DNA of 64,000 nt from Callorhinchus milii (Eukaryota): positions 105,464,001 to 105,528,000 of the forward strand of contig NW_024704742.1 of NCBI RefSeq assembly GCF_018977255.1. Reading direction: 5' to 3'. The position numbers and the translations under genes were made by a program. Every line of letters begins with the position of its first letter. Positions within the stretch are counted from its first letter, which is position 1. The notes below the pieces were generated by a model. It had not been told where the DNA came from. It did not search any database and worked only from the letters and a program-made list of their open reading frames with translations. Below are positions 1 through 9,400 of the stretch, in pieces.

Positions 1-595
1 CACGGGTAAGATAGCAGAAAGCGATCAGACCCTCATTGAGATGATGGTGACAAATGCCTGAGCGGAATAGTTTATGGGTATACGGTAACGCACTGTGTCT
101 GATCGATGGAACAAATGATTGTATTCACTTAGAGCCTGATAGCAGGTAATGCAGTTGTAGCTCGGGGCTTGCCAACAGCACAGCCAGATTCCGAGCTCAG
201 TGGAATTGAGAATAACAGCGATTCTTCACATTGCCCAATTGTGCCAGTTTATCTCCAGACAATAAACTGCATCTCACTAAATGATTGTCCTTCCACCATT
301 CACTTGAATGCATGGTGCTCAATACTGCAATCTGATAGACAGAGTGTGCTGCCGATGAGCATTATTCTGGTGTGAACAGCACAGAGAATTATCCTGGTTC
401 CTCTCGTAACATTTATTTTATTCAGCAGATAGAGAGCTAGGGAGTCTTTTATCTGAGTGTCAGGATGAGATGCTTTGTTTGCATCTCATGCACAGAGTGA
501 AAAATGGGATTGTAATACAAACACAGTGAAGCATTATGTGAAACTCCTTCCACTCATCGGAGCAAAGCGGATCTTACTGAATGTGCATCCTCAGT

Positions 596-908
596 ATTGA
601 GAGGTCTCTCCCCTGGTTGGAGATACTAAAACCAGGGGTCACAACCTTAAAATCAGAGGCCAGCCCTTTCGCACTGAGTTGAGGAAGAACTTCTTCACTC
701 AAAGGGTGGTGAATGTATGGAACTCCCTACCCCAAAGGGCTGTTGATGCTCAGTCCTTGAACATATTCAAGACTGAGATAGATAGATTTCTTATTGCAAA
801 AGGGATTAAGGGATGTGGGGATAAGACGGGGTTATGTTATTAGCTGGAGTTAGATTAGAAGATCAGCCATGATTGAATGGCGGTCCAGGCTCGAAGGGTC
901 GAAGGGCC
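596..908 (+). mobile_element. CR1-clade LINE 3' end fragment, cut off at its tail by the downstream L2-associated insertion
   Basis: Typical CR1 C-terminal/3'UTR text: accaggggtcacaaccttaaaat, aacttcttcactcaaagggtggtgaatgtatggaactccct, gatcagccatgattgaatggcgg...gaagggcc. The usual ...tactcctg tail is missing after 908. Confidence 0.85.
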
Positions 909-1095
909 CCAGTCGGGGAGCGGCGGCGGACAGCGCGGGGAGGAGCCTGGGCCTACTGACCCAGGTACTTAAACTCGACGCCGGAGCGAGTTCAGCTCGG
1001 GGGGGAGGGAGGTGTGGGGGCGGAGCGGGGGAACTGCGACGTCATAGATTAGTTTTCAGGTATGTGCGTGCGCACAAAAAAAAAAAAAAAAAAAA
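909..1095. promoter_or_regulatory. CpG-rich promoter-like module ending in an A20 tract, directly 5' of the L2 body
   Basis: Many undecayed CpGs; GC box ggggcggag (1017-1025); CRE-like cgacgtca (1037-1044); NRF1-like tgcgtgcgca (1065-1074); A20 at 1076-1095. Function is inferred. Confidence 0.45.
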
Positions 1096-1222
1096 CCCTC
1101 TGCGCCCCCCCCCACCCAGGGCTCACATCAGAGCCCACTATGGTCCTGTTGGGTTCGCTGCCCCAATCTACGGGATAATGCCATCCACCTGACCGCTCGC
1201 TCCCGGTCCCCGCGTGCGCACT

Positions 1223-4200
1223 ATGGCTGCCGCTTTGACCCGAGCCCCCTCACCCCCTCCCTCACTCCCCCCTCCTCTCTCCCCCCAAACCCTCCACCCT
1301 CTGCATCTCTCCCGCTCTCTCCTCTCTCTCCGTCCCTCTCGTCTTCTATCCCCACTTGACCCTCCCACAACCTCCCTCTGTTCCAGCCTGGGAATCCTCC
1401 GCCGGGCTCACCGCGGCACTCGGCGTTGGCTGTCCAGCAGCAGCCACACCGACTGCCCCATTCCCCACCACACTCGCCACCCACCCCGGACACAGACCCG
1501 GGGAGTCAACCTCTCCTCCCTCATCCCCATTCCCCCCACCCCTGCTTCACAACCTGGACCCCCCTCCCCTCCCACACACCCTTCTGTCAACCGCTCCCTC
1601 CACATCGGACTGCAAAATGTCCGCTCCCTCTGCAACAAGGCCCTGGTCATCAACGATCTCATCCTTGATGAGAACGTTGATATCATGGCCTTAACAGAAA
1701 CCTGGCTCACCCCAGGCGACACCTTCCCCCTCACGGAGGCCACGCCACCCGGCTACACCTCCCACCACATCCCCCGCCCCAACCGCCGTGGCGGTGGTGT
1801 TGCCCTTATCTCAAGGACACCACTTGCCCTATCCCCCTACTCCACTGGCTCTTTCCCCTCCTTTGAGCACCTCACCCTCTCCCACCCCTCATTCCTCTCC
1901 CTTAAAATCCTCCTCCTCTACCGGCCCCCTAAAACCTCTCCCACCTTCATCTCTGACATTTCAACACTCCTCACATCTCTTTGCCTCTGCTCCGATCGCC
2001 TCATCATCCTGGGCGACTTTAACCTACACTTCACACCCTCCTGCTCCATCTCCACAGACTTCTCTTCCCTGCTCTCCTCACTCAACCTCTCCTTACACAT
2101 AAACTCCCCCACTCACAGTCACGGCCACCCACTCGATTTGGTGATCACCCGGGGCCTCAGTGTCTCGGATGTCACTATTACCGACAAGGCCATCTCTGAC
2201 CACCACTTCATCTCCTTCACCACCTCCACCCCCCTCCCCACCTCCACCAGACCCACCACCATCTTCTACCGCCCTTGGAAGAAGTTACCCCCACAATCCC
2301 TAACCGATGCCTTGGAGTCCTCTGAACTCCTCTCCCTCTGGCCTTCAACCCTCACCGACCCCTCTTCTCCTCTCTCCCTCCTCCACAATACCCTCTCCTC
2401 CACACTCGATACTCTTGCCCCCATCACTTCCCGCACTGTCTCCTACTCCCGCTCCTCCCCTGGTACACCACCCACCTCCGCTCACTGAAAAGCCAGGTGC
2501 GGGCTGCTGAACGCACCTGTGTCAAATCTGGCCTAACGGTCCACCGACAAATCTGGCTGGACCTCCTCAAAATTTACCGCTCCACTCTAGCCTCGGCCAA
2601 GTCGTCCTTCTACTCCAGGATAATCCTGGAGGCGAAGAACAACCCCAGGCTACTGTTTTCCACCACAACCCGACTCCTCCGTCCCCCCCGCCACCCCGCG
2701 CAGGTCATCTCCTCCAACCTTCACTGCGAGGAGATGCTGGATTTCCTTGAATCCAAGATCAAGGGAATCCGCTCCGCGGTCACTTCCCCTCCAACTTCCA
2801 CCCACCACCCACCCCTTCCCTCCCACACTCCGACTCCTACCCATCCTCCCCTACACACCTTCGTACCCGTTTCCCCACCCTCTGTCACTGAACTCATCCT
2901 ATCCCTAAAACCAACCACCTGCTCCCTTGACCCCATCCCCACTCCACTCCTTATCTCCCAGCTCCACTTTCTTGCCCCACATATCACTGACATCATCAAC
3001 CTGTCCCTCTCCTCTGGCTCTGTCCCCATTCCATTAAAAACTGCCATCATCACGCCCACCCTGAAAAAACCCTCCCTTGATGCGTCGCAGCTATCAAGCT
3101 ACCGGCCCATCTCCAACCTCCCCTTTCTCTCCAAGGTCTTGGAAAGAGTTGTCGCCTCCCAACTGCGCTCTTTCCTTTCCACCCATTCTCTTTTTGAACC
3201 CCTTCAGTCAGGTTTCCGTGCTGCCCATAGCACAGAAACTGCCCTGGTCAAGGTCACCAATGATATCCTGACCATCTGTGACCAGGGCTCCCTCTGTCTC
3301 CTCGTCCTCCTCGACCTATCGGCAGCATTCGATACGGTCGACCACGCTATCCTACTCCACCGCTTGTCCTCCCACCTCAACCTTCAAGGCACTGTCCTTG
3401 AATGGTTTAGGTCGTACCTTTCTCACCGTCTTCACTTTGTCTCGACGAATGGCTTCTCCTCCACCCCCCGCACTGTCTCATGTGGTGTCCCTCAGGGCTC
3501 TGTCCTCGGTCCCCTCCTCTTCACCCTCTATATGCTCCCCCTTGGTGACATCATCCGCAGACATGGGGTTAACTTCCACATGTATGCGGATGACACCCAA
3601 CTCTACCTTTCCTCCTCTACTCTCAACTCCACGACCACCGATGTCCTGACAGCTGCCTGTCCGACATCGAGTCCTGGACGAGAGACAACTTTCTTCAGCT
3701 CAACGTGCGAAAAACCGAGGCCCTCCTGATTGGCTCACGTCAGCGCCTCCGCACCTCAGGCGCTGACACCATCAGCATCCAAGGCTGCACTCTCCACCTC
3801 TCAAAGCCAGTCAGGAACCTCGGCGTTTTGTTCGACCCTGAGCTGTCCTTTCTCCCTCACATCCGCACCACAACTGGCACCGCCTTCCATCACCTCCGGA
3901 ACATCGCCAGACTACGGCATTACCTCACCCCTCACGCTGCTGAAACCCTGGTCCACGCCTTTGTCACCTCAAGGCTGGACTATGGGAACTCTCTCCTCGC
4001 CGGCCTTCCCGCCACCTCCCTCCACAAGCTGCAGGTCATTCAGAACTCTGCAGCTCGTGTACTGTCCCGCACCAGGCTTCGGGACCACATCACTCCCACC
4101 CTCGCTCGCCTCCACTGGCTCCCCATCCCCCAGAGGATCGAATTCAAGATCCTCATCCTCACCTACAAGGCCATTCACGGCCTTGCTCCCTCCTACCTCT

Positions 4201-4476
4201 CCAACCTACTATCCCCCTACCTACCTGCCCGTACCCTCCGTTCCTCTGGCTCCGGTCTGCTCCACGTCCCCCGCCCCAACCGCCCTACCATCGGTGGTCG
4301 GGCCTTCAGCCTCTCAGCCCCCAGGCTCTGGAACTCTATCCCCCAGTGCCTTCGCCGCTTCCTCCCTCTCCTCCTTCAAGGCCGGTCTCAAAACCTTTCT
4401 CTTTGACCGAGCCTTCAGCTCCCCTCTCGACTCTCTTCCCCCTCCTCGCTCCCTCCCTTCCCTCCCCTCACCCTGA
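1223..4476 (+). pseudogene. L2 APE endonuclease-reverse transcriptase ORF, about 1085 aa after repairing three frameshifts (~2457-2460, ~3652, ~4356)
   Basis: EN motifs QNVRSL, LTETWL, GGGVA, YRPP, ILGDFN, SDH; RT motifs [55 protein letters not shown]2 C-terminal VRNLGV, SRLDYGNSLL, LHWLP. ATG 1223 is in ACTATGG Kozak context. Confidence 0.92.
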
Positions 4477-4535
4477 CCATTTCCCCCCTCCTCGCTCCCT
4501 CCCTTCCCTCCCCTCACCCTGACCATTTCCCCCCT
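4436..4535 (+). repeat. 46-bp tandem duplication at the L2 ORF end/3'UTR
   Basis: cctcctcgctccctcccttccctcccctcaccctgaccatttccc occurs twice with period 46; the related copy at 54594-54768 has it once. Confidence 0.9.
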
Positions 4536-4559
4536 GCTCGGGTCATGACCCAACTGTGC

Positions 4560-4595
4560 AGCGCCTTGGGACGTCCTCCTGACGTGAAAGGCGCT
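4560..4595 (+). other. L2 3' recognition stem-loop
   Basis: AGCGCCTT-ggg-ACGTC-ctcct-GACGT-ga-AAGGCGCT; preceded by the palindrome gggtcatgaccc. Confidence 0.8.
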
Positions 4596-4759
4596 TTATA
4601 AATGGAATCTTGTTGTTGTTGTTATGTTATACCCGTGCATGCTTTCCCAAATTCGGGAGGGAATCGCTGTTCAGAACAACCCTGAGCTGGAAGAACTCTG
4701 AATGATCATAAATTCCAGGGTTCTGGAAGGAAAAGAGATGTCTCCCTCAGTAATCGTTT

Positions 4760-4821
4760 AACAACAACAACAAAATTACATTTGTGTAGCGCCTTTCATG
4801 TCGGGAGGAAGTCCCAAGGCG
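4760..4821 (-). mobile_element. 5'-truncated L2 3' end
   Basis: (aac)n tail plus reverse complement of the stem-loop (gcgcctttcatgtcgggaggaagtcccaaggcg). Confidence 0.85.
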
Positions 4822-6202
4822 ATGAAATTCAACAATTCCGATTCAACATTTCCATGCCTTCAACAATTCAACTTCTGGAATTTCAGAGTGACAGATTATT
4901 CGCAAAGGTTATCCAGGCCCATTTAAAAAAGTTACTAATTCATTCACTACGGTTATAATGAATGCTGCAGCATGTTTTGTGCTGAACTGGTTACAGTGAT
5001 CTGATTAAAGTGTGAGACACACAACGAGTGCTTTAATCGGCATTCGTTTCCTGACTGCAACATGAAGAATACTGTTCACTAGGACCACCACTAGGTTGAT
5101 GCAGAATACTGTTGGACCCCAGTATCTTTGGTATATAGTGGGTGTATATAGACTGTGCGTGTGCCATGGGCCGGCAGTGTATTAGAAGTGCAATATTGTG
5201 GCGCTGACTGGCTGACACCTTTCACAAAGGGTCTCCTGCTGTTAGCTGTGTGCCAGCCATTGCTGGAAATGTTCACAAGAGCTTGCGCTGCGGAGCAGCC
5301 AGCTTCCTGCGTGCAACGCGGCTCAGGGACATCAGCGGCAACGTCATCGCAATTTGAGGACGTGAAGCACTGACCAGCGATCGTTCTATAGTGTGACCGG
5401 TTATACTGCGGGTTCTCATCATGACCTAATCTATCAGGTTATAGCTGGGTCTGACTGTAAATCGTGCCATCTCTGCTGGACCTGTGCGTGGGAGGGGCTG
5501 CCATGAACATTTCACTGAGAATGGTATGGGGGGTGGGGGGTTGGTTGTGGTGGAGTTCCACCGTTGGCACATCTAATCATCTAATCTTCAATAAACACCA
5601 ATGTCACTTTACTGGAATCTCTCTACCTCTTCATACAGGAACAGTCAAGCATTTTTTTTAAAACAGCCCAATATTGAGCACTGAAAGAGTTAAACAAGCT
5701 CAAGCATGGAATAAATAGTATTGAGGAACCCAGCCCTAGACGGTCATTAATGTTGCCTACAAGTATAAATATTACAAAGCATTGTCAAATCTCTATTGAT
5801 CCTAAATGTATTTGTGCTTGTTTTTCTCCCCCTTACTCTCGTTTTTTTGTAAAACCTATAAAAATGATTGACTAACAGTGAACTGAAGAATTGAATGCTT
5901 ACTTGATGTGGACTGGCACAATAAGAAACACAGTCTGCTTTACTGTAGGTTCACTGAAACAGAGCTCAAACAGGGCTAGTGAGGGCTTGAACTTGCACTT
6001 GTCGGATGTCAAATGACTAACTATCCTCTATGACTAGTGACTATCCTCGGGGGGAGAGGTGGAGGGTGGGGTGTTGGGGTAGGCAGGAAGCTTACCTTGG
6101 AGCTCTCCTTGGAAGGTCAGAATCGAGAATTTTTGACAAACTGTAATTAATACTCTCCAAAATTAGGTAAGCAGTGTCTATGGGGAGAGAGTGTGCATTA
6201 TA

Positions 6203-6580
6203 AATAATAATCCTTGAATTTGATAAAACGCCTTTTCACATCTTTGAGATGTCTCAAAGTGCTTCACAGAATATACTGAAAAAAGTGGGGTGACTTTGTG
6301 CTTTGTGGGGAGACGCAGCAGCCAATTGTACACAGCTGTGTCCCGCAAACAGTTGTGGATTCAGTGACCAAATTATTATTTTTAAAATTTTTATTGAGGG
6401 GATTATTACTCCCGGCAAAGCGGTCTGCCAATCGACTAATAACCAGGTTCCTACTTACTGCTAGGTAAACAGAGGCATGTGCAGTAAGGAAACTTGTCCA
6501 AAGTTTTGCCCTGCCGGGAATCGAACCCGGGTCCGCTCGCTTGCGAGGCAAGTGGTCTAACCACTGAGCTACAGGACTCC
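6203..6580 (-). mobile_element. tRNA-Ala-like SINE family B, long subtype
   Basis: Minus strand: ggagtcctgtagctcagtggttag (A box) ... gggttcgattccc (B box), ctctgtttacctagcagtaagtaggaacc block, Deu-like 3' block, (ATT)n tail. Confidence 0.9.
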
Positions 6581-6815
6581 AGCATTCCATTCCAGACATG
6601 AAAATTTATTTTGTAGGTGGCAAACACTGTCCATTTTGTATACTCTAACTAAAGCATGGTGATAGAATTTTTCCAAGTGTCAGACACCTGGCTGAACAAA
6701 GAAAAAAAACAGTAAGCTTGGAGTTTGAGAGTGGAATGTGGAGATGTTGAACAGAGCTTCCACAATGATATGGTGTCTGAAAACTTGTGAAATTAGCAAT
6801 CTTCCATCAATTATA

Positions 6816-6953
6816 AACAAAAGCAGAAGTCGCTGGGAACACTCAGTAGGGCAACTTTCCTTTCTCCATAGATGCTGCCTGCCCTGCTGAGTGTTCCTAG
6901 CGACTTCTGTTTTTGTTTCAGATTTCCAGCATCTGCAGTATTTTCCATTTTGT
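6816..6953. mobile_element. Penelope-like-derived hairpin element with 14-bp target-site duplication
   Basis: 39-nt inverted arms at 6815-6853 and 6880-6918; tail tttcagatttccagcatctgcagtatttt resembles chondrichthyan Penelope-type ends; ttccatcaattata at 6802-6815 and 6954-6967. Confidence 0.7.
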
Positions 6954-7516
6954 TTCCATCAATTATAGTTGATTTGAATGCTGATGGCTATTACGTAGCT
7001 CATCACTTAGTGCTCCTGGACATCCTGAGACCAAAAGAGGAAGAAATAGTTTCAAGCGCATTCATAAACTGAATTGCAGGGATTTCGTATTCTGTAACGC
7101 TGCAAAGATTCTTCTTATCTGATGAACACGGCACAATGCGTATTTAACATTTTATGATTTATGAAAGAAGGAAATCTAATATTACTGTGAATTAAATGAG
7201 TATTGTCAGGCATGATTAAGAAGGTTATATATTACAATTCAATTGTTTTGTGTATGTTTTGTTCTGAATATTGTAGGTAAATAACAAGATTCAGGGATAA
7301 AAATGCGCTGCATTTTGGAATAAAAGTTAATATTCATACGTTCTGTTCAGTTTAACCTCCAAATATAATAATAATAATCTTTGCATTTGATATAATGGAG
7401 ATTATATACTCTTTTAATTCACAGCCTGAAGCCTGAGGAATTCTCAGTCACATTTTGCTGCTGGTTTCGTCGCATGATCTCCCCTCACACCATTTTTATC
7501 GTACAGTTGTTTGGAT

Positions 7517-7603
7517 TGGTTAGTGTGACAGAGGCTGTTCCTGACCTGGTTAGTGTGACAGAGGCTGTACCTGACCTGGTTAGTGTGACAGAGGCTGTAC
7601 CTG
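7517..7603. repeat. 30-bp tandem repeat, about 2.9 copies
   Basis: tggttagtgtgacagaggctgt(t/a)cctgacc repeated head to tail. Confidence 0.95.
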
Positions 7604-8689
7604 CAGTACTTAATCTTCCAATCCCATTGAGCATGAGGATTCTCATCAATGACTCGCTCCAGTGATGAGAATGAAAGCTATCACACCGCTCTGCTAACTA
7701 TCCGAGCTGGCTCCGTTCAGTTCTTTTCCCGAGATGCGAGATTGAGTGCCACAGATGCACAGTTCACAAAAATGCCTTTAAAGTTTGTAATGTATCTTCA
7801 TGCTTTTGTCTTGAAGGAGATGAAGGTTCAGTTTGGGAATAAAAATAGAGTAAGATCAATCTATTTCTTTTGGAACTTGCCCATTACCCAGCTGTTTCTG
7901 GAAATACTGGAGTTACTGAGGAAGTACTTGAATCAATCTCTTATTCCCAATGCCTTACCCTTGTTGGTGGAGGGAAGGGAGATGCTCAGTTTATCATTAC
8001 ATTTCTGACTTGGTTGTTTTTTTAATTCTATTGAAGTTAAATTCAAATAAAACAAAAAACAGGCATGGAAGTGGCAAACGGGATGTATTTTCTGCAGTGA
8101 AAATAACATCAAAACTCCAGTTTATAACAGTGGTAATTCACTCTATGCCATGGCAACTTGATCTCTTTTGTTTGAGAATCATTGCCATCTTTGCTCTGTT
8201 CCCCAGGGAATGATCGATAAATGATACAACAGCTTGTCATTTAACCGTTTGGGACTCTACAGGATTATGCTTGTGTGCAACTCTGTTGAGTGCATGATCA
8301 TTACTTGGGTGTTTGTAGAAACATGTCTGCTATTAAAACAAACGAGTGGGATGGTTTACCTCCATGGTGCAGGACTAACCTTTATCATTAACTCAGCGAC
8401 AGCAGGGCAACATCACATTAGTTTTCAGTTCTCGCCTTCTAAGGGTGTCTGCAACTGGCTCGGGATTTTGACTGCTTTTTCCTGGAGCCTTCAACATCCA
8501 TACACAGATGTGAAAACATAATGTTTATACACAGAGCAGGGGGATTTCCAAGACTGTAGCAGTTTGTTGAAGAGGAAAGTGATTTGCACTGGGAATATTT
8601 AATTTAACATGTAAAGCATCCTTTCAAGTTACTAATTTCACCCATTGAACTGTTAAGACCGACAACTTCATAGCACATGTGTGCTTATT

Positions 8690-8853
8690 AAATAAAATTG
8701 GTCATTCACTTCATGGCTGTTTTTGTGACATGTTGCTTTGCGCAAATTGACTGCTGCATTCACCTACAAATACACTGTCACTCCCTTTCATTGTAAAAAT
8801 CCTGTGAAGTGCTTTGAGAGGTGTGATATCAAATGCAAAGATTAATATTATTT
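8690..8853 (+). mobile_element. DeuSINE family A 3' fragment
   Basis: aaattggtcattcacttcatggctgtttttgtgacatgttgctttgcgcaaattgactgctgc...aaatgcaaagatta. Confidence 0.75.
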
Positions 8854-9400
8854 AGCTTACATTTTCTTTATGTTATATACATTTTATATCTTGAGTTTTG
8901 ATATGTTTGCAGTATCATAATTAGGTGTTTTCATCATTTTTGTTATGAAATAAAGAGAAAAATAGTAACAGATTTTATCTGAGAGTGAGGTTAAAGGCCA
9001 AGGGTGAGAAAAGGATTCTGACCTGCCCTATTTTTCACTCTGTCCAGCAGTTTGACCCCAAAGATCTGGAAGTGCCTCCCCAGCTGTGGATGCAGTGTTC
9101 ATGTCTTGGGTGTCTTTTGGCCTTGTGATAACATGTAGATTTTTTAAAAAATAATCCCTATTTTTACACCTCATTTTGTTTCTCATTTTGCCCATTTCTT
9201 GCTGTCTCTATCCAGTTCCGCTATAGTGGTACAGTCCTGCTCGGCTGAAACTGATGATCCAGACTGTGGACATCTGCCCAGTTGACATCAGATATGTCAA
9301 AGGAATCTTTTGAGACCTTGATGGCCTGATGGTCGAATGGTTTACTCCTTTGAAATTTCTACAACAGATATGTGAATTTAAATAGGATGTGATAAGTAAC

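Larger units (their letters stand above)
1096..4623 (+). mobile_element. Near full-length L2-clade LINE (single-ORF, UnaL2/ZfL2-2-like architecture) with 3' stem-loop and (GTT)n tail
   Basis: EN+RT ORF, C-rich sense strand, 3' stem-loop at 4560-4595 and tail aatggaatcttgttgttgttgtt. The 5' boundary is uncertain (909 or about 1096). Confidence 0.93.

Noticed and set aside
869..1192. 107-aa ORF as L2 ORF1
   Set aside because: It starts inside the CR1 fragment, runs through the A20 tract (poly-Lys) and has no RRM, zinc-knuckle or esterase features.
1044..1196. HDV-like ribozyme in the L2 leader (atagatt/aatctac as P1, ggg-ttcgctgc-ccc as P3/L3, ggat/atcc as P4)
   Set aside because: P2 does not pair next to P3 and the catalytic C-(R)-A-A joiner is absent. 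An RNArobo/Infernal search or a cleavage assay would be needed to revive it.
1168..4553. Long alternative-frame and antisense ORFs over the L2
   Set aside because: By-products of C-rich, stop-poor composition. Only the end of ORF 3730-4476 is the true, frameshifted C-terminus.
7517..7603. CRISPR-like array or coding repeat (LVSVTEAVPD)n
   Set aside because: Contiguous 30-bp units without spacers, in eukaryotic DNA, and no splice signals: a simple minisatellite.
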